Source of the DNA: Macrostomum lignano
Taxonomy: Eukaryota
Assembly: GCA_002269645.1 (NCBI GenBank)
Contig: NIVC01000093.1
Coordinates: forward strand, 434,001 to 498,000
DNA: 64,000 nt
Direction: 5' to 3'
Shown here in pieces: positions 12,653 through 26,763 of this stretch; the stretch's first letter is position 1, and the number at the start of each line of letters is the position of its first letter. The notes under the pieces are model-generated. The model searched no databases, was not told the DNA's origin, and saw nothing but the letters and a program-made list of their open reading frames with translations. The translations under genes and the position numbers were made by a program.

Positions 12653-13192
12653 TTAAAACATTTCCAACATTGGTGTAACTCCCATCTTTGAAAACGGCCG
12701 ATGGACAGAGGCTGGACCTAATAGACCAACGTCCTCCAAGCTTTCATTCTGTTGAAACGTTGAAAATTTCAACAAAATCGGTTGAGCCATCCAACCAACG
12801 CTGAGAAGCAATGCTGCCCAATGCTGACTCCTCAGCACCTGTCCATCAGCCCCAACAAACAGCGCCCGTCACTCACGTCAGCCGCAGGCGGTTCCACCCG
12901 CTTGTCCAAATGCTGCCACAGGCGCTGGACCAGCTGAGCAGATTCCGGTTGATACTTGCTCGACTCAATGGCTTTTGAAAGCTCTGCGATGGTTTAAAAT
13001 CGAACAAATTTAAAACAGAAAACACAATTCAAAAATCCAAAAGGAAGCAAATCTCTCACCAACTCGAAGATCCTCTGGTAGGCAAGCAACGCGCTTAGTA
13101 AAGCTCGTGGAAAAGCTGGCATCAACTCGGACAGTCCGAGGCCGGCCAAGATGGACGAGTTTGGCCAGTAACAATAATTTGCTGCGTTGCAT
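12653..13192 (-). CDS. Putative gene or fragment with a mitochondrial-presequence-like N-terminus; weak METTL17/Rsm22 resemblance
   Basis: Exons 13192-13060 and 12983-12877 have gtgaga/gtgagt donors and join in frame (MQRSKLLLLAKLVHLGRPRTVRVDASFSTSFTKRVACLPEDLRV/ELSKAIESS..LWQHLDKRVEPPAAD). A third exon from 12838 (VLRSQHWAALL) needs a 38-nt intron with a weak acceptor. Confidence 0.4.
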
Positions 13193-13687
13193 TTTAAAAA
13201 CAGAAACCATTTTTTCGAGTTTCGTTGCAGATTTTAAGCTGCATTGTAAGTCTACTATAAGTAGGAAAATAGAATATTATTGTTATAGTCTAAAAATAAA
13301 CTAACTCCATTTCAAGACAGAATAGAAACCTGCAACGCAGACAGGCAGTATATTTAATGGTTAAATAGCTGACAAGTTAATAAACAGCGGAACAATTTTG
13401 CAATAGCACTAAATAGACAAAGCAGATTATTAAACGCGTGATAAAAATTATGGTAAGTAAAATTATTTTCGATACATATCGGCTAATAAGCGACTTTTAG
13501 CGGCTCGACAACGAAATGTAACTACATTGAATTTATTGACACTTATAAAGCTCGCAAAAAATGCAACGATTAATTATGGACTATGATACAAAATTTATTA
13601 AGTTTATTATCGATAGCAAAATACGGAGAGGGGTTGGGTTGAGATAAAATAATAGTTCAATAATTCAATGGGTAGCATTTTAGTTAA

Positions 13688-15224
13688 TTAGTTACGCTTG
13701 GCAAAGAAATTAGTGATAGATTGCATGCCAGCCTCTTTGCGCAGAGCCGGCTTGCGTGTCCCGACTGCTTTCACAGGCGCTTGCTGCTCCTGCAGCAGGG
13801 CATAGTTCTCTAACGGCTCCTGCTTCTCGCGACGACTGCGCTTGCCAGAATCGTCCACTTTCGCCGCCGCCGACGCCGACGCAGTCTCCTCATCGACTGG
13901 GGCGTCGTCCAGATCGATGCCGACTCGACTAGCGAGGCTTTCGGTGAGCTGCCAGGGCAGGTAGTCGGCTAGCAGGCTGCAGGCCAGAATAATGGCTCGC
14001 TTATTATCGTCTGTTGTCTCCTTCTCGTTGTCGGTGTCTGCGAAGGGGCAGGAGGAATTGAACTATGATGCACCAGATTAGCGCTTGGATTCTGTTGATA
14101 ACTTTGACTCGAGGGGTGGCGGGTGCAGTGCGGAGTGGAGTGGGGGAGAGGAGTGGCGGGGTGGAGTGGCGGGTGCAGTGGCGGGTGCAGTGGCGGGTGC
14201 AGTGGCGGGTGCAGTGGAGGGTGCAGTGGAGGGTGCAGTGGCGGGTGGAGTGGCGGGTGCAGTGGCGGGTGCAGTGGATGGTGCAGTGGAGGGTGCAGTG
14301 GCGGGGTGGAGAGGCGGGTGCAGTGGCGGGTGCAGTGGATGGTGCAGTGGAGGGTGCAGTGGAGGTGCAGTGGCGGGTGCAGTGGAGGGTGCAGTGGAGG
14401 GGTGGAGTGGCGGGTGCAGTTGCGGGGTGGAGAGGCGGGTGCAGTGGCGGGTGCAGTGGATGGTGCAGTGGAGGGTGCAGTGGCGGGTGCAGTGGAGGGT
14501 GCAGTGGAGGGGTGCAGTGGCGGGGTGGAGAGGCGGGTGCAGTGGATGGTGCAGTGGAGGGTGCAGTGGAGGGTGCAGTGGCGGGTGCAGTGGCGGGTGC
14601 AGTGGCGGGTGCAGTGGCGGGTGCACCTTGAACATCGCGCAGGCCGGCAGCAATCCGGCGCAGCTTGGCCTCCAGCCAGCCGAGGCAGCGGTCCAAGTTC
14701 AGGCGAACCAGCGGCAGCGAACTCGACGACGATATCGACGGCCGGACGTCGCAGACGGAGTCGGCCAGTCGGCCGGGCAGCTGGGCGTGCAGGCGCTGCA
14801 GCAGCAGGCGAGTGTCCGGGAACTCGTCGCAATGACAGGCCTCGTCAAGCGGCCGGTAGCGCAGATCCTTCAGCAGCAGCGGCAGCAGCGGGAACACCGG
14901 GTCCATCTCTGTGGCGATGAGCGCCGCGGACGAAGCCGGCAGAAGCCGATTGCCGACAAACCAGCTCCGACAGGCGTCGCTATGCTCCAATAATTCGAAT
15001 AGTCGATCGCCGCTCGGTCCGCCAAGTAGGCACAGCTGGGCGGCGCCTGTTCGAGGATGTCCAAGCCGCAGCAGCTGGCATGGCTGCTGGCCTGACAGGA
15101 CTTCGGCTTCGGCAAAGAGGACTACAGGATTATGCTGCTGTCGATGATGCTCCCGACTGTCGGGCTCGCCGCAGACAGAAGCTGTGGCGTCGCCAGCAGC
15201 GGCGGACGAGCGCCTAGTGGCAGC
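13688..15224 (-). CDS. RNASEH2B: Ribonuclease H2 subunit B, ~315 aa; no genomic ATG found
   Basis: Exons 15224-14627 and 14037-13688 join in frame (phase 1): LLRLGHPRTG..LFELLEHSDACRSWFVG..ATEMDPVFPLLPLL..CLGWLEAKL / ACSLLADYLP..EPLENY..C-terminal PIP box GMQSITNFF. Confidence 0.92.
14112..14625. repeat. 12-bp G-rich minisatellite filling an RNASEH2B intron
   Basis: Unit gggtgcagtggc / gggtgcagtgga, about 40 copies. Confidence 0.97.
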
Positions 15225-15261
15225 CTGAGACAGGAAATTTTTGGGAAATTATTATTTCATA

Positions 15262-16120
15262 CTTAGAATAGAGAATTAGGAGAAACAGGGTGAGATGATT
15301 AGAGAATTAGGAGAAACAGGGGGAGATGATTGGAGAATGAGGAGAATCAGGGTGAGATGATTGGAGAATGAGGAGAAACCGGGTGAGATGATTAGAGAAT
15401 GAAGAGAAGCAGGGTGAGATGATTAGAGAATGGGGAGAAACAGGCTGAGATGATTAGAGAATGGGGAGAAACAGGGTGAGATGATTGGAGAATGGGGAGA
15501 AACAGGGTGAGATGATTAGAGAATGGGGAGAAACAGGCTGAGATGATTAGAGAATGGGGAGAAACAGGGTGAGATGATTAGAGAATGGGGAGAAACAGGG
15601 TGAGATGATTAGAGAATGAAGAGAAGCAGGGTGAGATGATTAGAGAATGAAGAGAAGCAGGGTGAGATGATTAGAGAATGAAGAGAAGCAGGGTGAGATG
15701 ATTAGAGAATGGGGAGAAACAGGGTGAGATGATTAGAGAATGGGGAGAAACAGGGTGAGATGATTAGAGAATGGGGAGAAACAGGGTGAGATGATTAGAG
15801 AATGAAGAGAAGCAGGGTGAGATGATTAGAGAATGAAGAGAAGCAGGGTGAGATGATTAGAGAATTAGGAAAAACAGGGTGAGATGATTAGAGAATGAGG
15901 AGAAACAGGCTGAGATGATTAGAGAATGAAGAGAAGCAGGGTGAGATGATTAGAGAATGAAGAGAAACAGGGTGAGATGATTAGAGAATGAGGAGAAACA
16001 GGCTGAGATGATTAGAGAATGGGGAGAAACAGGGTGAGATGATTAGAGAATGGGGAGAAACAGGGTGAGATGATTGGAGAATGGGGAGAAACAGGGTGAG
16101 ATGATTAGAGAATGAAGAGG
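15262..16120. repeat. 30-bp purine-rich minisatellite upstream of RNASEH2B
   Basis: Unit gggagaaacagggtgagatgattagagaat, about 28 copies. Confidence 0.97.
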
Positions 16121-16545
16121 AGATGAGTGAGAAATCAAAACTGAAGTGATAAAATGGGGAAAATTTTCATAGCAAATTGAAGAGAGATAAAAAGCAAATG
16201 AGCATAAAAGCTATTTAATACACGGAAAGGCTCAATACAATACGAAACAAGCTGAACAGAGAACTCTTTTAACGAAATGAAAAAAAGCTTTTTGCTTTCG
16301 TTGCTATCTCTAGATAATTAAACTGCAGGAACTGCCAAATGGCTTGGGAGATGGGCGTTTGCCTGTGGCGTCATGAGGCACCAGAGCTGAGTCAATTAGC
16401 GATTGATCATTTTTAGACAACTGATGAAGGGGAACATAGGTAGATAGGTGGCAAAGGTAAAGGCGGGGTGGAAGCTTGAGAGGAGAAAAGGTAGAGAGGG
16501 GCACACACCTACTATCTTAAAAACCTAAAAAGGTCACTATAAAAT

Positions 16546-16548
<3 letters not shown>

Positions 16549-16623
<75 letters not shown>
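16549..16623. repeat. (GA)n microsatellite
   Basis: Direct reading. Confidence 0.97.
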
Positions 16624-16625
<2 letters not shown>

Positions 16626-17091
16626 AGGAGGCAGAAAGCGGACAAGATAATGTTTCTTAGAATCCCCCAAACGTGCTCGCCTCACCCAAGAACAGGATAA
16701 GACGAGACTGAAAGGCGAAATTAATTGCATTTCAACTCCCAGAAAATCAATTTTTATTTCAACCCCGCTGAGAGGGATTAGCTTGCACCTGATCCTCTTC
16801 AACTGCGATTCGAATACAATAGTCAGGGAAATTTGAGCCGGAAAAGAAGAGAATCGAAAAAGAAAAATGCGGAAATTCCTTCTCAAGCAGACCGAAGGTC
16901 CGAAGCTTGTTTACGGGCATGAAAACGAAAGCGCAGGTCATATTTTTTACAAAAAATATTAATCAGGATTTCGGGTTACCGTTGGACGGAAATCTGAGGC
17001 CCGGGACTGGGCGGTCGATGGTGCTCTTAGAAAGCGAAGGAAATTGCCTCGACTGACGGAAGGAGAGTCGGAAAAGCAAAACGAAAATTTA

Positions 17092-19105
<2,014 letters not shown>

Positions 19106-19296
19106 TTAGTCACACAATTGCTAACTGATGGGTTGTAACAAACGTCATGTAAATGAGAGCGTCCAATAAAAGAAAATCGAGTTAAAGTGCATCAGCAGTG
19201 TTGCTTGCACTAAGAATGAGTTGCAATTTTAAAAGTATTTATTTTTAAAAAAATATTTGGCATACAGGAGCAAACACTTTGCAGGGTCAAATGAGG

Positions 19297-22200
19297 TCAA
19301 TCACAGGTCGCTGCCAGAGGTCGCTCGCGTACCAGGGCCACCTTCACCTGGCCCAGGTAAACGCACACCGGTTCAGTCGATTCCAATCTGCTAGGCAGGA
19401 TAAAAAACAGGCACAGCTGTTCCAGTACGCAGTCTTTGTCAGCATAGCTGGCGTCTTTGTTATTGCCATCGACCAAAGCGGGGTCGGCGGCCTCGGTGTA
19501 CACCGTGTGCCACACGACCCCGCCGTTGCCAGCCGCGCCGCCGGCCTCGCTGTAGACGTCGCCTTCAACTTCCCGGCGCACAGTTCGGGGAAACACCAGA
19601 GTCTGGCTGCTGCCGCCGCCACTGCCGACGCTGTAGTGAGACTGGACTGTGGCCATCTCAGAGCAGCTTAGTCGGGACTCACTCGAATGACAGAGCACTA
19701 TCAGCTGTTGCTGCTGCTGCCGCTGTGCGCCTACCAACAATGAGTAGTACATAGTAAAGTAACATATTTTTATTATATTTTGTAGGGTACTCTAGGCCCT
19801 GTGCCACAAATCCATCCGACAATTGCGGGATTCACGCCATTCCTAGATGGGATTCTAGATGCTAGATTGATTGGATTTCCTATTGCTAGATGAGATTTTC
19901 CATTACTGGATGGGATTCCCCATGACTGGATGGGATTCTCCATTACTGGATGGGATTCCTATTACTGGATGTGATTCTCCATTACTGGATGGGATTCTCC
20001 ATTACTGGATGGGATTCTCCATTACTGGATGTGATTCTCCATTACTGGATGTGATTCTCCATTACTGGATGGGATTCTCCATTACTGGATGGGATTCCTA
20101 TTACTGGATGGGATTCCTCATTACTGGATGGGATTCTCCATTACTGGATGTGATTCTCCATTACTGGATGCCATTACTGGATGGGATTCCCCATTACTGG
20201 ATGGGATTCCCCATTACTGGATGGGATTTCCCATTACTGGACGGGATTCCCAATTACTGGATGGGAATTCCGAGTACTGGATGGGATTCCCCATTCCTGG
20301 AATGGGATTCCCCACTACTGGATGGGATTCCCCATTAATGGATGGAATTTTTTATTAATATGAGCGTAGTTAGGATTTTCAATTGGGATCTTTTACTATT
20401 GCTCTAAAATTTAAGTATATTAAGTTGAGTTTTCTGCACCCCAAAATACTCATAACCGGACGCTCACCCCCGCCGCTAGAATCGACACTGGATGAGTGGC
20501 GCCGGTACTTAGCAACCAGACAAACGGTCACAGGATCCAACGGCCGGTCCTCAAACACAGAGTCTAATGAGTACACCAGCTTCAGAGCGCGGACCTGTCT
20601 AGCGGGCAGCGACAAACGGAACAAAGGCAATTCGCAGCCGCCGTTGCCGCCGATGCCGCCGCCGACGCCGCCGCTCAGAGCGACGCGTAGACAGCCGCCG
20701 CCCTGCCAGGCGCGAGACCGACACAACGACAAGTGCTGCTCAGCACCGCACAGCCAATAGTGCGGCATCGGGTGCGCCTCCCACAAGCTGTTCCAGGCGT
20801 TTGTGGACACCAGGCGGCCGCGATCCCACCTGCGAGTAATTAATCGTGCGCATGTGTCGAGGGATTAACTAAGGATTCTTAATCAAGGGACTTAGGATTT
20901 ACAGTCAAGGGATTAAGGATTCTAAATAAAGGAATTAAAGACTCTTATTTAAGGGCTTAATGATTATAAATTAAGGGATTAAAGATTCTTAATCAAGGGA
21001 CTAAAGGTTGTGAATCAAGGGATTAAGGATTCTAAGCGAATGGATTAAGGATTCTTAATAAAGGAATAAAATACAATTAATCAAGGGATTAAGGATTCTT
21101 AATAAAGGGATTAAGGATTCTCGATCAAGGGATTAAGGATTCTTACTAAAGGGATTAAGGATTCTTAATAAAGGGATTAAGGATTCTCGATCAAGGGATT
21201 AAGGATTCTTACTAAAGGGATTAAGGATTCTTAATAAAGGGATTAAGGATTCTTGATAAAGGGATTAAGGATTCTTAATAAAGGGATTAAGGGTTCTAAA
21301 TCAAGGGATTAAGGAATCTTAATCAAGGGATTAAGGGTTGTGAATCAAGGGATTAAGGATTCTAAATCAAGGGATTAAGGATTCTTGATCAAGGGATTAA
21401 GGATTCTTAATAAAGGGATTAAGGGTTCTAAATCAAGGGATTAAGGAATCTTAATCAAGGGATTAAGGGTTGTGAATCAAGGGATTAAGGATTCTAAATC
21501 AAGGGATTAAGGATTCTAAATAAAGGAATAAAAGACTCTTAATCAAGGGGTTAAGGATTCTTAATCAAGGGATTAAGGGTTGTGAATCAAGAGATTAACG
21601 ATTTTAAATCAAGGGATTAAGGATTCTAAATAAAGGAATAAAAGACTCTTAATCAAGGGATTAAGGGTTGTGAATCAAGGGATTAAGGATTTTAAATCAA
21701 GGGATTAAGGATTCTAAATAAAGGAATAAAAGACTCTTAATCAAGGGATTAAGGACTCCTAATCAAGGGATTAAGGATTCAAACTCCAGAGGATTAAGAA
21801 ACACTCGCCCCAGCCTCACTTGCAGACGCCCTGGCCAAGGCAGAACGCGGTGTTCAACCGTCGTCCAGCCCAGGGCCGGGGTTCGCCCAACAGTGGAGTC
21901 ACGCCGGCCCAGAACTCCAGGGTCCTGTCCACCAGACTCTCCCAAAGGTTCGCGGCGTCTCCATCGGCTTCGTCTGGTTCAGCCGCCGATCGGCAGGTCT
22001 CGTAGGCCCAGCCGGGCGCGAACAGTCCAACGCCCAGCTGCTGATTCTCGACAATCATTCGCACAGCCTCCGAGCAGTTGAAGCCGCCGCCGCCGGGGCA
22101 GCCACGGCCGAAGCAGTCGACGCCGACATAGACGGTTAGAGTCGAAGAGGACGATGACTGAAGCTCCGCCAGCCTGCCGGCTGTAGACTTCAACAGGTCG

Positions 22201-25098
22201 GCAGTCCAGCAGTAGTTCAACAGGATTGAACCGGCCGCTATCAGGAAGTCTTCGTTTAACGCATTGACGCTGTTCTGCCAGAGAAGCTGGCCGTCCGTGA
22301 TTACGGAGTCGTACCAGACGATGTGCAGGCTCGACTATTGACGGGGGAGGGGGGCGGCGGCAGAGTATCATAATTATATAATAGTAATAACTGCAGGGGG
22401 CTGTGGCCACCATTGGTGGGGATAGTAGATAGATGTATATAAACAAGTAGATAAATGTAAAGTGTGAGAAGTAGAGAGATGTTATGTAATATGAGGAGTA
22501 TATAGATAAATCTGAGTAGACTGATGTATCTGAGAAGTAGATAGATGTATCTGAGAAGTAGATAAAGTAGATTCTTAGATAGACGTAGACGTATCTGAGA
22601 AGTAGATAGACGTATCTGAGAAGTAGATAGATGTATCTGAGAAGTAGATAGATGTATCTGAGAAGTAGATAGACGTATCTGAGAAGTAGATAGATGTATC
22701 TGAGAAGTAGATAGACGTATCTGAGAAGTAGATAGATGTATCTGAGAAGTAGATAGATGTATCTGAGAAGTAGATAGACGTATCTGAGAAGTAGATAGAT
22801 GTATCTGAGAAGTAGATAGATGTATCTGAGAAGTAGATAGATGTATCTGAGAAGTAGATAAATGTATCTGAGAAGTAGATAAATGTATCTGAGAAGTAGA
22901 TAGATGTATCTGAGAAGTAGATAGATGTATCTGAGAAGTAGATAGATGTATCTGAGAAGTAGATAGATGTATCTGAGAAGTAGATAGATGTATCTGAGAA
23001 GTAGATAGACGTATCTGAGAAGTAGATAAATGTATCTGAGAAGTAGATAGATGTATCTGAGAAGTAGATAGGTGTATCTGAGAAGTAGATAGATGTATCT
23101 GAGAAGTAGATAGATGTATCTGAGAAGTAGATAGGTGTATCTGAGAAGTAGATAGGTGTATCTGAGAAGTAGATAGATGTATCTGAAAAGTAGATAGGTG
23201 TATCTGAGAAGTAGATAGGTGTATCTGAGAAGTAGATAGATGTATCTGAGAAGTAGATAGATGTATCTGAAAAGTAGATAGGTGTATCTGAGAAGTAGAT
23301 AGGTGTATCTGAGAAGTAGATAGATGTATCTGAGAAGTAGATAAATGCATCTGAGAAGTAAATAGACGTATCTGAGAAGTAGATAAATGCATCTGAGAAG
23401 TAAATAGACGTATCTGAGAAGTGGATAGACGTATCTGAGAAGTAGATACCGGTAGATGTAATTTAAGAAGTAGACAAGAGTGTTAAATCGAACTAAGCGC
23501 AAATACGGTTTCCTACTACGGGAAGCGGCAAGTGTGGAAAGCAATTTAGAATGACAAAATTGAATTTCTAAGATGAATTTTTAAGTCAAAGCCTGAAAAT
23601 AATCTGACAGGAGACACGGCGTGACAGGAAGTGCGCGCAGTTCCTTTGGGGATAAAAAATACTACACAAGGTCTTCCTGACCTTGAGCGGCAGCTTAAAG
23701 GTAAGAGAAATTGCTTTCACAATTAAACCCTGGCCTCTGCCGACAGAAAAAGGAACAGGGTGTATGCTTGAACGATTCCGAATGTAAAAGATTGTGATAA
23801 ATTTTGGCTAAATAAAGCCTAGCTTGAGGGGGGACTCGTATAAAAAATAATTAGTCTAATTAAAGGGCATTGGATTAGTCAAGACTTTCAAGGGCAAAAG
23901 AGGTAAGGTCACTGAAAAATAGCCAAATACAGAATTTGGAGGCAAATCCGAAGCAAAAATCAATTTGGGGACGCCAATCTGGGCTATCAGGGGGAGGGGC
24001 GAAAATCTGAGGTATAAGGTGGCGCCAATCTTGGTTTTCGGGGGGGGGGCGCCAATCTTGGATATCGGGGGCGCCAATCTGGGCTATCGGGGGCGCCAAT
24101 CTGGGCTATCGGGGACGCCAATCTGGACTATCGGGGGGGGGGGGAACGAACGCCAATCTTGGTGATCGGGGGCGTCAATCTTGGTGATCGGGGGCGCCAA
24201 TCTTGGTTATCGGGGGCGCCAATCTTTGTTATCGGGGACGCCAATCTGGGCTATCGGGGACGCCAATCTTTGTTATAGGGGACGCCAATCTTTGTTATCG
24301 TGGACGCCAATCTTTGTTATCGTGGACGCCAATCTTTGTTATAGGGGACGCCAATCTGGGCTATCGGGGACGCCAATATGGGTCATCGGGGACGCCAATC
24401 TTTGTTATCGGGGACGCCAATCTTTGTTATCGGGGACGCCAATCTTTGTTATAGGGGACGCCAATCTGGGCTATCGGGGGCGCCAATCTGGGCTATCGGG
24501 AGCGCCAATCTGGGCTATCGGGGGCGCCAATCTGGGCTATCGGGGAGGAGGGGGAATGCCGGATCTCAAACCCGCACCCACCTTGGATTTGAGGCGCCGA
24601 ACGAACGCCTGCAGAGCCGGCACAAGCTCAGCTGGCAGCGCCACCTCAACGTTGATCAGCCAGCCGTCGAAGCCGCCAGCATCGGCCAGGTCAATCAGCC
24701 GGTCCGCCCAGCCAATCGCGTCTTTCTCGTTGCTAAGCAACTGACGCATCGCTTCTAAGCCGCTGTCCCATTCGCAATGAAAGTGCCCAGACAGGGGACA
24801 CCGTGCCTGTGGCACAGGTCCACCCAGCCAGCGGGGGTATCGTCACTAAATGGTGGCTAAAGTAAACAAACGAGTCAATTAGATGCCAGTGGAACAAGCG
24901 AAACGCGCTAGCATTAGCGTTGCCATAGAGATAAGCGTCGTCAAGGTAGCCGCCTTGCATATCGTGGCAGACTAATACCCGAGGCGAGGATGTTGGCAGG
25001 TCCTCTCTGGGCGCCAGCGCCGAAGGCTGACGGACGGTCTGACCCGGCCGCCATGCAGCCAGCTCGTTCAGGGATTTGATTGGCTCTTGGCGGGTCAT
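19297..25098 (-). CDS. ENGASE: Cytosolic endo-beta-N-acetylglucosaminidase (GH85), ~609 aa if two single-base deletions are corrected
   Basis: Exons 25098-24582, 22334-21820, 20829-20468 and 19730-19297. Motifs RVLVCHDMQGGYLDD, WHLIDSFVYFSHHLVTIPP, catalytic FDGWLINVE, IVWYDSVITDGQLLWQN, LNYCW, VYVGVDCFGRG, GLFAPGWAYE. All junction phases are consistent once exon 1 gains 2 nt. Confidence 0.92.
19860..20345. repeat. 20-bp minisatellite, ENGase intron 3
   Basis: Unit ccattactggatgggattct. Confidence 0.96.
20868..21780. repeat. 22-bp minisatellite, ENGase intron 2
   Basis: Unit aagggattaaggattcttaatc. Confidence 0.96.
22520..23450. repeat. 21-bp minisatellite, ENGase intron 1
   Basis: Unit gatgtatctgagaagtagata. 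Confidence 0.97.
23960..24545. repeat. 22-bp minisatellite, ENGase intron 1
   Basis: Unit gggg(a/g)cgccaatctgggctatc / ..ctttgttatc. Confidence 0.95.
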
Positions 25099-25234
25099 GT
25101 GTGTACACGCTAGGCTGCTGCAACAGTGGCTTATTTGCCAAGACAATTGAGCACGCTTTAACAACTTGAAGAATTCGTGGGAAAAAACTATTATAATATT
25201 ATAATTCGCTTCGTCTCAAATTGCTTGTACAACA

Positions 25235-26330
25235 GATTCAAAATTATTTCTATATCGGATTCAAAATCATTTCTATATCGGATTCAAAATCATTTCTATA
25301 TCAGATTCAAAATCATTTCCATGCCTGATTCAAAATCATTTCCATGCCTGATTCAAAATCATTTCTATATCAGATTCAAAATCATTTCTATATCAGATTC
25401 AAAATCATTTCTATATCGGATTCAAAATCATTTCTATATCGGATTCAAAATCATTTCTATATCGGATTCAAAATCATTTCCATGCCTGATTCAAAATCAT
25501 TTCCATGCCTGATTCAAAATCATTTCCATGCCTGATTCAAAATCATTTCTATATCGGATTCAAAATCATTTCCATGCCTGATTCAAAATCATTTCTATAT
25601 CGGATTCAAAATCATTTCCATGCCTGATTCAAAATCATTTCCATGCCTGATTCAAAATCATTTCCATGCCTGATTCAAAATCATTTCTATATCGGATTCA
25701 AAATCATTTCCATGCCTGATTCAAAATCATTTCCATGCCTGATTCAAAATCATTTCTATATCGGATTCAAAATCATTTCTATATCGGATTCAAAATCATT
25801 TCTATATCGGATTCAAAATCATTTCTATATCGGATTCAAAATCATTTCTATATCGGATTCAAAATCATTTCTATATCGGATTCAAAATCATTTCCATGCC
25901 TGATTCAAAATCATTTCCATGCCTGATTCAAAATCATTTCCATGCCTGATTCAAAATCATTTCCATGCCTGATTCAAAATCATTTCTATATCGGATTTAA
26001 AATCATTTTTATATCGGATTCAAAATCATTTCTATATCGGATTCAAAATCATTTTTATATCGGATTCAAAATCATTTTATATCAGATTCAAAATCATTTC
26101 CATGCCTGATTCAAAATCATTTCTATATCGGATTTAAAATCATTTTTATATCGGATTCAAAATCATTTCTATATCGGATTCAAAATCATTTTTATATCGG
26201 ATTCAAAATCATTTTATATCAGATTCAAAATCATTTTATATCAGATTCAAAATCATTTCCATGCCTGATTCAAAATCATTTCTATATCGGATTCAAAATC
26301 ATTTCTATATCAGATTCAAAATCATTTTTG
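25235..26330. repeat. 23-bp minisatellite with two alternating variants, upstream of ENGase
   Basis: ggattcaaaatcatttctatatc and gattcaaaatcatttccatgcct. Confidence 0.97.
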
Positions 26331-26763
26331 GGATTATTTAAGGATTAGAATAATTTTAGTATATTAGATTGTTCCCCGTTTATCCTGTGACAGAACTTTC
26401 ACGCGGACAACAACACTATGGGATTACAATGACCTGGCTACTTAATCTCAGATAGAAAGAGTTCCCTGACCCTATTGAGTCAATCCTGAGCGCGGTAATC
26501 TGATATGATCATATTCAGTCACTGTAGTCACTCATAACGAATCAATCAAATCAAAAACCTGACCTGGATGAGCAGGGAGGCTATGAGGGGACTCGAGAAA
26601 AGCCCAGAGCGCAGAGACGCATCAAAAATTGAATTGCAGGCTTCTCGTGCCACGACCCCCTGCTAGTTCGATTCCTTGCCCGGCCACATTGATTTGGGGC
26701 ACACAAATTGGCCGATGGGTTGACGTGCAACTCAAACCCAAGAGGGCCAAAACTCAAGGCACA

